IMG/VR virus record: IMGVR_UViG_3300034658_000035
Coordinates: 1-44,148 of that record
DNA from: a virus
Taxonomy: Duplodnaviria; Caudoviricetes
Reading direction: 5' to 3' (one strand)
DNA length: 44,148 nucleotides
A program made the position numbers and the translations under genes. Under the pieces are notes generated by a model, which searched no databases, was not told where the DNA came from, and saw only the letters and a program-made list of their open reading frames with translations. The stretch's first letter is position 1; the number at the start of each line of letters is the position of its first letter. Shown one piece after another: positions 26,294 through 33,991 of the stretch.

Positions 26294-27319
26294 TCAAAGC
26301 AGCGCAGCGGCAGCCTGGTATCCTGCAAGCGCAACAGGGGCCATCAGGGCCTGACCTGCCGTCTTGGGATGAATGCCGTCTGCGCCGTAATAGGTCGTGT
26401 TCGTGGTGTCGCCGGTCGATATGTTCATCTCTGAAATGTCTGCCTCGAAATCGATCAGCACATCGTAATTGCTACCCTCACCGGCGCGCACGAGATCATT
26501 GTAGCTGTCTATGCGGCCATTCAGGGTGGTGTTCTCCGTCCGCTTGATGCAGGTCGAGACACAGACGATCAGGCCGCCGAACTCGGTCTTGAGCGCTGAG
26601 AGGCGAGTGGTGGCGCGCGCCCATGCATCTGCGGCGGACAGGCCCGTGTCATACGACATGTCATTGGTGCCCAGCGCGTAATGGAAAAGGCAGGTGCCTG
26701 TATCGAGGGCGAGCGTGCGGGTGCGCTGGTTATAGGCAAGGTCTTCCCGTTCGGGATAGGTGTCGGTCTCTCCGGCGTTCGTGTTGCCCCAGCTGGAGGA
26801 ACCGAGGCTCATATTGATCAGCTTCCATGTGCTGTTCTGGGCCTCCCGATCATTGTTCTCGAAGGCCAAGGTCTCCACCCCGTTCAGGGCCAGCGCCGCA
26901 TAGACGTCACTGATGCCGCTTGTCGTGGCGACCCCGGCAGAAATGCTGTCCCCCCGAAGGATCACATTCGTGCGCAACGGATTGGGCTGGAGCGAGGCCC
27001 GGCCGCTGCTGCGGGTCCAGCCTGCAGGCTCGGAGCTGACCGCTGAGGATGTTTCCCCCGTGGTCAGGTAAGAGCTGATCGCCGTATAGAGATTGTCCGG
27101 CACCCGCATATAGGTGTTCGTGTCCGTTGCCGTGCCATAGGGGAACAGATCCTCCGTCGCATTGGCCGGCAGTCCCAGCTCCCGGCAGATGTGGCGGGTC
27201 GTCAGGTCGCTCGGCGCAAGCTCTGCCGTGTCCCCGCCGGACAGGATCGCAGCGCCGCCATAGTCAGCGCGCAGATTGCCTGCCTCCGGAATGAACCATT
27301 TGTAGGTCTCTGTCGCCAT
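26294..27319 (-). CDS. SGNH/GDSL hydrolase
   Basis: Blocks GDSI, LGSS, LGTND and DGIHP. Confidence 0.88.
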   Translation of the reverse strand: MATETYKWFIPEAGNLRADYGGAAILSGGDTAELAPSDLTTRHICRELGLPANATEDLFPYGTATDTNTYMRVPDNLYTAISSYLTTGETSSAVSSEPAGWTRSSGRASLQPNPLRTNVILRGDSISAGVATTSGISDVYAALALNGVETLAFENNDREAQNSTWKLINMSLGSSSWGNTNAGETDTYPEREDLAYNQRTRTLALDTGTCLFHYALGTNDMSYDTGLSAADAWARATTRLSALKTEFGGLIVCVSTCIKRTENTTLNGRIDSYNDLVRAGEGSNYDVLIDFEADISEMNISTGDTTNTTYYGADGIHPKTAGQALMAPVALAGYQAAAALL

Positions 27320-27320
27320 C

Positions 27321-28118
27321 TTATGCCGCCTTCAGGCTCAGCAGGTAATCGCTGGCTGCCGTGTCGATGGCAGGCTGGTTGCGGAATGCGAGCGCCCGCA
27401 AGGTCGCATCACAGGACTTGCCCAGCGTGTTCGTGTTGCCAAGCCGGACATAGGCCGGATCAGAAGACGGGAAACTCGACGCACTGGTATAGGTGTTGTT
27501 TTCAGTCGTGACCTCAACCTGGTCGACATAGATCGCAATCGTGTCATTCACCGTGTCCCAGACAAGCTCGATCAGGTATTCCGTGGCAAGGTCCAGCTGC
27601 GTGACCGATGTGCCGACAAAGCTCACCGAATTGGAATCGGTCGTGTTGCCCTTCAGGCCAATCGTGCGCGAGCCGGTCAAATAACATGTGCACCGGCTCC
27701 CCTTCGTGGCGCCAGCCCGGCTGATCTCGAAGAGATAGCTGTCAGCGGTCGTGAACGTCGCCACCACGCCGATGTAATAACCATCCGTGCCATTGGCGAT
27801 CCCGGACGGGTCTTCCAGTTCCATGATCCGGTCCGTGTCCTGGTTGAAGTCGATGCCGCCCGCCACGACAAGCGGCTGGTCTGCCTTCAGGGATTGCGCA
27901 AAGGCCGGGCCGGAATTGACCAGCTCGGGCGCATAGGACAGCGTGTCGGCGCCGGTGGCTTCGGTCAGATTGCCCGATCCGCTCAGGAAGTCCCAGAAAT
28001 AGGTGTCGCTCTCCGCCGTGAAGGGCTGGGAGGGCTCGGCGTCGGAGAAGGCTGCCCCCATAGGGCTCTGAATGGCAGACCGAATTGGGGAACGGACCGG
28101 AGAGCGAACAAGGCTCAT
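27321..28118 (-). CDS. LamG/concanavalin-A-like protein, putative head fibre
   Basis: LIELVWDTVNDTIAIYVDQ...VRLGN LamG pattern; start MSLVRS at 28118 by ATGA coupling. Confidence 0.65.
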   Translation of the reverse strand: MSLVRSPVRSPIRSAIQSPMGAAFSDAEPSQPFTAESDTYFWDFLSGSGNLTEATGADTLSYAPELVNSGPAFAQSLKADQPLVVAGGIDFNQDTDRIMELEDPSGIANGTDGYYIGVVATFTTADSYLFEISRAGATKGSRCTCYLTGSRTIGLKGNTTDSNSVSFVGTSVTQLDLATEYLIELVWDTVNDTIAIYVDQVEVTTENNTYTSASSFPSSDPAYVRLGNTNTLGKSCDATLRALAFRNQPAIDTAASDYLLSLKAA

Positions 28119-28201
28119 ACGAGAGATCCCCACAATGCAAAAAGCCCCAGAGCCACGAGGGTCAGGGCGATAGAGCGGTATGTGTATCGGCGGTCAGTCA
28201 T
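28115..28201 (-). CDS. 28-aa single-TM microprotein
   Basis: MTDRRYTYRSIALTLVALGLFALWGSLV; ATGA overlaps at both ends. Confidence 0.6.
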   Translation of the reverse strand: MTDRRYTYRSIALTLVALGLFALWGSLV

Positions 28202-28290
28202 GCAGCGTTTTCAGTTGCGATCCAGAACACCTGAGACAGCACAGCGCAGGCAAAGATAGCAGCGCAAGCGTAGGGGATGAGGCTAGTCAA
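28198..28290 (-). CDS. 30-aa single-TM microprotein
   Basis: TTG start overlapping the upstream TGA; MTSLIPYACAAIFACAVLSQVFWIATENAA. Confidence 0.5.
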   Translation of the reverse strand: MTSLIPYACAAIFACAVLSQVFWIATENAA

Positions 28291-28382
28291 CCCTGAGCCG
28301 CCCAGACCATGACACCGAGAAAGAACAGGAAGCACACGCCAATGAAGGCGTAGACAATGCGGTCCTGAGACTTTTCAGACAT
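28287..28382 (-). CDS. 31-aa single-TM microprotein
   Basis: MSEKSQDRIVYAFIGVCFLFFLGVMVWAAQG; TGATG coupling. Confidence 0.6.
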   Translation of the reverse strand: MSEKSQDRIVYAFIGVCFLFFLGVMVWAAQG

Positions 28383-28513
28383 CAGTCCCAACCTTCAGCG
28401 AGGCGCTGCGTTAGCGCCGCATCCTGTGCCGAGCGGGTCATGGATCTACAGCCAACAGCATTTATGACCACATGAGCCCCGCAGATGAGGATGCCTATGA
28501 TTAGCCAGAGCAT
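28382..28513 (-). CDS. 43-aa microprotein with N-terminal hydrophobic helix
   Basis: MLWLIIGILICGAHVVINAVGC...; TGATG coupling at both ends. Confidence 0.55.
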   Translation of the reverse strand: MLWLIIGILICGAHVVINAVGCRSMTRSAQDAALTQRLAEGWD

Positions 28514-28737
28514 CACTTGACCAGCGGGTTCCGGTCCGCAACGATCAGGCCGACGCCGATGATGCCGAACAGGATGGTCAGCTCAGCGAACGGCTCAAGG
28601 AAAGCAATGGCTGGCGGGTATCCGCTCAGGATGTACTTGCAGGCCAGCGCAATGCAGACCATGACGACAAGAACCGTCCAGAGCGCGTTGATCGTCGGCT
28701 TGGCGTTCTTCTTGGCTTCAGGGGTGATGAGGGCCAT
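28513..28737 (-). CDS. 2-TM membrane protein (holin-like size)
   Basis: 74 aa, two hydrophobic segments, AGGAG RBS. Confidence 0.7.
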   Translation of the reverse strand: MALITPEAKKNAKPTINALWTVLVVMVCIALACKYILSGYPPAIAFLEPFAELTILFGIIGVGLIVADRNPLVK

Positions 28738-29036
28738 TAGATTGTCTCCTTGTCGTGACCGTTGGACGGATCGAAGGCAAAGGCTTTCGGAAGGGTCTCC
28801 GCGTAAGAGCGGATGATGGTTTGAGCGGGGCCATTGCCGTAAACCGACTCCTCAGTTTCGCCGGCGCAGGCCTTCATGTTGTCGTCATCAGTGAATGGGC
28901 TGACGGTTGAGCGCCCCGCCTCCTCATTCAGCGCCTCAGCGACCAGCGTTGCCGCCTTCTCGCTCTCATATGTCCCGCACAGACGGTCGCCATCGTAGAC
29001 GCCGTAGCTGGTCAGGCCTTTGACTTCGTATTTCAT
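28737..29036 (-). CDS. Hypothetical protein, first gene of late operon
   Basis: Start MKYEVK at 29036. The longer ORF-track call runs into the structured leader. Confidence 0.6.
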   Translation of the reverse strand: MKYEVKGLTSYGVYDGDRLCGTYESEKAATLVAEALNEEAGRSTVSPFTDDDNMKACAGETEESVYGNGPAQTIIRSYAETLPKAFAFDPSNGHDKETI

Positions 29037-29140
29037 GCTGCTGCCTTTCGTTTCCACATTGGGGAGCACGGCCTTACAACGCCGCCTATGCAAACCGCTT
29101 CGATATTTGACCGTTGCGTCAGCCGTACTCGCCAGTGGGG

Positions 29141-29194
29141 AAAAAGAGCCTGCGACTAACAGGAGAAGGACATACCAGGGGACGCCGCAGGCTC
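29141..29194 (-). terminator. Intrinsic terminator-like hairpin 2 in late leader
   Basis: GAGCCUGCGGC/GUCGCAGGCUC 11-bp stem followed by UUUUU; unusually large pyrimidine-rich loop. Confidence 0.55.
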
Positions 29195-29236
29195 GGAGGT
29201 GATGATGGTAAGACGCCACAAGTAACGCCTCACTAT

Positions 29237-29272
29237 AAGAAAACCCCGCGCCTCCAAACAGGAAACACGGGG
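29237..29272 (-). terminator. Intrinsic terminator 1 in late leader
   Basis: CCCCGUGUUUCC-UGUUU-GGAGGCGCGGGG followed by UUUUCUU. The three G.U pairs work only on the minus strand. Confidence 0.75.
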
Positions 29273-29429
29273 CTCGCTTGCAACGGCTGACAGGCTGGGG
29301 GGACTACACTGCCGATGCTTGCTCTGAATTGGGAATAGCGTAGCACTCAGGGTCTGGTGATCGCGCTCGCGGTGTTCCAGCCCCACGCACCGGGCGAAGC
29401 ATCTAGCACGTCCTCGGTGAACTGGTTCC

Positions 29430-29458
29430 CTTATCAGGTGATTTGCGTGTCGTGTCAA
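29430..29458 (-). promoter_or_regulatory. Late promoter (pR'-like)
   Basis: TTGACA-17 nt-GATAAG, upstream of a ~390-nt leader and the whole late operon. Confidence 0.7.
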
Positions 29459-29853
29459 ATGTCAGGAAGCGATGGAATGCGAACAAGCATGAAATACTTG
29501 GGCGGGCCGTCAGCCACATGCTTCCACAATAACTCGATCACTTCGGGGTCCGCCTGAATGTTCTGCCGGTCATCGCATCTTCCCCGATCCGTGCTCCCAC
29601 GGCTTTGCGCCATGATGAGCTGCCCCATGTCTGCCCCGCAATGGCGGCACTCGGCATAAGCAAATGCGCTTGCAACGCACATCTCGTCAGGGGGCTTTCG
29701 GAAATCCCCCGCTCCAGAGGCAAGGAAAGTATCCTCGCCGTTCCTCAGCATGACCTGCAAATCATCCAGCTCAAACGGCGTACCATACTTTGGGCACATC
29801 TCGGCAAGCTCTGGCCAGCGGCTGATTGAATGCCAGATTCCTGCGACCAACAT
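29455..29853 (-). CDS. Hypothetical protein
   Basis: TAATG coupling with GGAGG RBS; one CxxC. Confidence 0.55.
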   Translation of the reverse strand: MLVAGIWHSISRWPELAEMCPKYGTPFELDDLQVMLRNGEDTFLASGAGDFRKPPDEMCVASAFAYAECRHCGADMGQLIMAQSRGSTDRGRCDDRQNIQADPEVIELLWKHVADGPPKYFMLVRIPSLPDI

Positions 29854-30371
29854 TATGCCACCCTCCGTAACGCCAACTGCGCATCCTCTGCCCGCATTAT
29901 CACCGGACGGCCCAGCAACCGCAAGGCAAGACGCAGATGATTGCCGTCAACGGATTCAACCTCGACCTGTCCGATGCTCTCCAATTCGACATGATCGCCT
30001 GCGGTCCATACGTGCTGGCCTCTCAGGCGGGGAATGCTGTAGTGCCTGTGCAGGGGCTTCGGCAAATCCCCCGTGATCCATTTCAGGTCCGCCATGCCAT
30101 TGAGCGGCTTGATTGCGCCGGCAAAGCTGATCGGGTAAATTCGGGGGCCGGGCATGTGTTCGATAGCCAGGAAGTTCGGTGCCTCGTCAAAGCCTGCGAA
30201 GATGTAGGACTTCAACACGCACTCTGTCACCGTGCGGGCTGGCTTGCGAGGGGGGCGCTTGCGAAGCGTCCGGCACACAGCGAAGGCGTCACAGTCCATG
30301 TGCCGGCCGAGACGATTGGCAGCCGCTTCTGTGCGGTCTGCGCGGCAGGAAAATGCATACCAGTGTTTCAT
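29853..30371 (-). CDS. NusG/RfaH-family transcription antiterminator
   Basis: NGN domain (HWYAFSCRADRTEAAANRL...VLKSYIFAGF) and KOW-like C-terminus (AGDHVEL...LRLLGRPV). Confidence 0.8.
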   Translation of the reverse strand: MKHWYAFSCRADRTEAAANRLGRHMDCDAFAVCRTLRKRPPRKPARTVTECVLKSYIFAGFDEAPNFLAIEHMPGPRIYPISFAGAIKPLNGMADLKWITGDLPKPLHRHYSIPRLRGQHVWTAGDHVELESIGQVEVESVDGNHLRLALRLLGRPVIMRAEDAQLALRRVA

Positions 30372-31090
30372 TCGTCTTCTCCTTGGGTGGGGGTGGCGCA
30401 ATCAGGCCAGTGATAGGATTTTTCTGCCTCCGCCATATCGATCACGAACCAGCCTCGGCCCGTTTCGAGCAGATCAATCGACCAGTCTCCGCCTATGGCT
30501 TTAGCCGCGGCTTCAGCAATGGAATCTGCTTGGCCCAAGTCTGAAAAGCTTGTAATGTCCTTGTGTAACTCCAGCGGAGCCCCGCCCTGCTCAAGCGCCT
30601 CTTCCGGCCAATACGGATGGCGACAAGCAATCTTTCCTGCCTTGGAAAAATATCTCAGCTCGCGCACCAGAGGCATGCCACCGTAATTCGGACAGGATCC
30701 TATTTGCTTAGTGGGAAGGAGCTCCCTGACCACCCATCGAGACCACGGCAACCCCGGAAATCCCGCCAACTCTGAATATTCGGCAATCGCGCAAACATGG
30801 GCGCCCGCCCTGCTGGGCTCATCCCAATAGCATGTGTCTTTCCAGTTGTGCTTTCCTGATGTATGATCAGTTCTCAGAAAGCACGGAAATCCCAATTTCC
30901 TTCCGGCCCTCACCAGCCGCTCCAGAAACTCCTCCGCCTCATCCGACTTTTCAGGACATTCGCCGCTAATCGTCTCGAAAACAAACCTTTGAACCGACAT
31001 TGGCATATGAACAGCCATCGTTCTTGGAACGGGAATGCCCGCCTGAGCCAAAATCGGAAACCAATAGGAGAGTGAGGTACGATCGGTCAT
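30368..31090 (-). CDS. ATP-grasp fold protein
   Basis: GIPVPRT, LGFPCFLRTDHTSGKH, WVVRELL, ELRYF, WSIDLLETGRGWFVIDM. Confidence 0.75.
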   Translation of the reverse strand: MTDRTSLSYWFPILAQAGIPVPRTMAVHMPMSVQRFVFETISGECPEKSDEAEEFLERLVRAGRKLGFPCFLRTDHTSGKHNWKDTCYWDEPSRAGAHVCAIAEYSELAGFPGLPWSRWVVRELLPTKQIGSCPNYGGMPLVRELRYFSKAGKIACRHPYWPEEALEQGGAPLELHKDITSFSDLGQADSIAEAAAKAIGGDWSIDLLETGRGWFVIDMAEAEKSYHWPDCATPTQGEDE

Positions 31091-31449
31091 GCCACCTCCA
31101 TCAGCTTAAGCAGGGGGGCCTGTGCGGCAGAGCGGATCTCTGCGAGGGGCGTGTGCATTCCCGTGTCGTAGAGCATGTTCGAATGCCGACGGACGCCGTT
31201 CAGCACGGTTGTGTGGTCGTGCCCTCCGGTCCAGTTTCCAGCCCAGCTCGTGCTGCGGTTCTCGATTGCAACAAGTCGATACCAAAGCTCGTGTCTGGCT
31301 GATACGACAAACGGCGCTTTCGTTGGCGCCTCGATCATCTTGCGGGTCACCCGGTAGAACTCCAGGACCTCCCGCTCGTGAGCCACCACGCGTGAGCGCG
31401 CCTCGGCTGGTGGTATCTTTACGCCGCAACATGCGCATGTGTAGGCCAT
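31087..31449 (-). CDS. DnaA C-terminal (domain IV)-like DNA-binding protein
   Basis: ARHELWYRL...GGHDHTTVLNGVRR, compared with the DnaA signature GGRDHTTVLHA. Confidence 0.8.
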   Translation of the reverse strand: MAYTCACCGVKIPPAEARSRVVAHEREVLEFYRVTRKMIEAPTKAPFVVSARHELWYRLVAIENRSTSWAGNWTGGHDHTTVLNGVRRHSNMLYDTGMHTPLAEIRSAAQAPLLKLMEVA

Positions 31450-31452
31450 TGT

Positions 31453-31812
31453 TTAGTCCCCCTGTTGGTTCAGGCGCTCCTGCACCCGTTCGATAATCTG
31501 CGGGCGGATGCCCGACAGTTGCTTGATCTCGTCTTCCAGTTCCTTCCAGACCGGGAACCACTTGCTCTTGCTCGGCCACTTCGCCAGCACATGGCGCACA
31601 ATGTCGCCGGGGTACTGAAGCAACTCGGTCGTGTAGATTTTCAGCTTCAGCTCGCTGGACATGTCGTCGTCCTTCGGGTGGGCCGTCTTGATGGCGCAGA
31701 TGGTCAGCCATTCAACGATCTGCTCCCGCTTGGCGGGGCCAGACAGTCCGCCGAGAACAGCCCGCGCCCGATCCGCGTCGATCTGGTCAGCTAGCCTCAC
31801 GGTCAATGACAT
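31453..31812 (-). CDS. Replication accessory protein (helicase-loader position)
   Basis: LLQYPGDIVRHVL...KWFPVWKEL. Start at 31812 (GGGAG RBS) is preferred over 32064. Confidence 0.6.
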   Translation of the reverse strand: MSLTVRLADQIDADRARAVLGGLSGPAKREQIVEWLTICAIKTAHPKDDDMSSELKLKIYTTELLQYPGDIVRHVLAKWPSKSKWFPVWKELEDEIKQLSGIRPQIIERVQERLNQQGD

Positions 31813-32611
31813 AACCGGCTCCCATCCCCCGTTCTTCGGAAAGCGGCTCCCCGTAACCTCGTGAGTTACCGATATCCCGCAGGCCTGCAGCGACGAGACC
31901 GCCGCCGCGAGATTGTCCTGTGGTGTTCGGGCGATGATTGCCCCGGGCTGCACGTTCGGCTTTCCATTTGGCTGAGTTGCCAAGCCAGGTTCTGAAGGCA
32001 GCGTGCCAGTCGATGAATCGTTTTTGCTTAGCGACGGCATCATTCCGGAATTGATCTGCTTCATGGTTCATCTCCTCGGGGGTAAGGCCTCGCTTTGAGC
32101 CGTAGGCGTAGCTTGTCGGATCAGGTGCCCAGCTTTTGGGAATCTGACATTTGCGAGCCGCACCCCTTGGGGCAGCTTTGCGTTTTGGCTGTTCGGGGGG
32201 TGTGTCGCCTAAATCTAATTCGTCAGAATTAGATGACGTGGCACTGTGGGGTGGTCTTGGGTGTGATCCCGTATCATCACAGGGGGTGTGATCCTCCTGT
32301 GTCACAGGGGCTGTGACGCTAGGATCACATGGGTCTAACAACACATGGTATAGGTTTTCACGCTGACCCCCATCATCTCGTTTTCTGTGGGTGACCGCAA
32401 TGTATCTGCGCTCTACCAGCACCTTAACGGACCGGTTCACCGTTTCGCGGGCAATTCCGAGGGTGTCAGCGATGGTTTTCTGTTTGGGAAATGCGCTGTT
32501 GTCGCGTGACAGATATGACCCGATGACCAGCAGAACCCGGAGCTGGGTTGCCGTCAGGGCGTCGTCTGTGATCGCGTCAACAGGCACCATTGCGAAGCGG
32601 GCTTGGCTCAT
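31787..32611 (-). CDS. Replication initiator (lambda O-like, N-terminal wHTH)
   Basis: AFPKQKTIADTLGIARETVNRSVKVL; C-terminal DWHAAFRTWL; internal iterons. Confidence 0.85.
   Translation of the reverse strand: MSQARFAMVPVDAITDDALTATQLRVLLVIGSYLSRDNSAFPKQKTIADTLGIARETVNRSVKVLVERRYIAVTHRKRDDGGQRENLYHVLLDPCDPSVTAPVTQEDHTPCDDTGSHPRPPHSATSSNSDELDLGDTPPEQPKRKAAPRGAARKCQIPKSWAPDPTSYAYGSKRGLTPEEMNHEADQFRNDAVAKQKRFIDWHAAFRTWLGNSAKWKAERAARGNHRPNTTGQSRGGGLVAAGLRDIGNSRGYGEPLSEERGMGAGYVIDREAS
32213..32329. repeat. Putative replication origin: three iterons plus AT-rich palindrome
   Basis: TGTGA-N10/10/8-TCACA starting at 32262, 32287 and 32312; ATCTAATTC-GTCA-GAATTAGAT at 32213-32234. Confidence 0.75.
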
Positions 32612-32988
32612 CCCTGCCCCCTTTCCAGCTCTGCCTGTTGCTTCCGGCGCAGCGCCTTGACGCGCTTGTGCGTGGCGGACAGGCTGGCCCCGGAATAGGT
32701 GCAGGCCGCCCGGTAGGTGAATCCACGCAGCACGAGATTGGCGGCAATGATCGTGCGCTGCTCACACCAGCCTTCCCGGCGTCCGGGCTTGCGTTGCGGG
32801 GCGAGGCCCGTATCCTGGCAATAGCGGTGCAGGTAGGGCGCCGTGAGGCCATGAGCCTTTGCAGCGTTCCGATAGGTCGCGCCTTTGCGAACATCCTGTG
32901 CCGCGGCATACAGGCGGTCATGAATATCATCGGATTTCCGGCGGAGTGGATGGGACCATCGCGGCCCGGCGAGTGAGACACTGGCCAT
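32608..32988 (-). CDS. Tandem HTH DNA-binding protein
   Basis: GATYRNAAKAHGL and GFTYRAACTYSGAS repeats; TGATG coupling. Confidence 0.6.
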   Translation of the reverse strand: MASVSLAGPRWSHPLRRKSDDIHDRLYAAAQDVRKGATYRNAAKAHGLTAPYLHRYCQDTGLAPQRKPGRREGWCEQRTIIAANLVLRGFTYRAACTYSGASLSATHKRVKALRRKQQAELERGQG

Positions 32989-33518
32989 CAGCAATATACC
33001 CCCTGTTTGTTTTTGAGAGTTGGGTGGGTCATGACGCGGCCCGGCGTGCAGAAGATCCCGTTCACACCGTGAAGGCGCGCTAAGGCTTCCGTGCATTCGG
33101 CGCCCATGCTCAGGAGTGTAGTTCCGGTTCCGGGAGATTCCCCGCGCGTGCCGTCAGGCTTGATGAACTTGATCTTTGGGGACCAGAACAGCAGGCCATC
33201 GACTTTCTGCGCGAAGTCCTGAAACCACGGAGCGGAGGTGCGGTCAGGCGCCAGCGCGATGCCATTGCCGTGAGCAACAAACCTGTCAGCCCACGGGGCG
33301 TAGCCATTGCGCTTGCCAAAGGGAGGATTCATCCAGATGCGACCCACCCACGTAAGAAGCAGGCTAAATTCGGTAAGGTGCGCATCCGCAGGAACCCACG
33401 GCACAACGTCAGATCCAGGGCTTGCCACGTCCAAATCGAAGCGCAGGCCGATAGCCTCGAACACTTCGGGTGGTGTGTACCACTCGTCAGATTTGCCCGC
33501 TGCTTCGTGAGCGCTCAC
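32988..33518 (-). CDS. Phage DNA N6-adenine methyltransferase (Dam-type)
   Basis: SDEWYTP, FDLDVAS, WMNPPFG. Confidence 0.88.
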   Translation of the reverse strand: MSAHEAAGKSDEWYTPPEVFEAIGLRFDLDVASPGSDVVPWVPADAHLTEFSLLLTWVGRIWMNPPFGKRNGYAPWADRFVAHGNGIALAPDRTSAPWFQDFAQKVDGLLFWSPKIKFIKPDGTRGESPGTGTTLLSMGAECTEALARLHGVNGIFCTPGRVMTHPTLKNKQGVYC

Positions 33519-33991
33519 GCCGCTTCTCCTTGTTGCTGAGTGACGGCCGGCCCGGCTGGGGTCAGGCCGTAATAATGGGCTGAGTTCTTGAGCTTGGATT
33601 GCGCGTCAGCATTGAGCTTTTCGACGTGACCGCGCTTCTTGCACCGGCTGAAAATCGGGCGGGCATTCAGGACGTCGAGGCCCTTGATCTTGGCGTAATC
33701 ATCTGGCGCGACAGGGCCATTTGCGCTAAGGTACAGGAGCAGTTGATAGTCCAGCGTTTGGGCAAACCGTTCCATCTTGCGGGCCGCCTCAGCAGACGCG
33801 CCGCCGGTCTTGGATCCGGGAACGTCTGGATACCGGGTCGGGGCATTCAACCGCGCACAGCACGCCTTGCACGCGCACTGCCTTCCATTGAACCGCTGGC
33901 GGAGAATGCCCCACTGGTCAGATCCTATCGGATAGATAGCAGGACAGGCCGGGCAACGGCGCTCGTTCTCGGAGGGGATGCGGTCGGTCAT
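33515..33991 (-). CDS. Cys-rich plus winged-helix hypothetical protein
   Basis: CPAC...CACKAC, then a wHTH-like segment; ATGA coupling. Confidence 0.55.
   Translation of the reverse strand: MTDRIPSENERRCPACPAIYPIGSDQWGILRQRFNGRQCACKACCARLNAPTRYPDVPGSKTGGASAEAARKMERFAQTLDYQLLLYLSANGPVAPDDYAKIKGLDVLNARPIFSRCKKRGHVEKLNADAQSKLKNSAHYYGLTPAGPAVTQQQGEAA

Noticed and set aside
28136-28170. Minus-strand hairpin plus T5 resembling a terminator
   Set aside because: Weak stem, and it lies inside the coupled 28-aa microprotein ORF (codons for ALTLVALGLFA).
29156-29458. 100-aa ORF across the late leader, and the N-terminal extension of 28737-29219
   Set aside because: It starts within the -35 box (TTG of TTGACA) and crosses strand-specific terminators; the region is better explained as non-coding.
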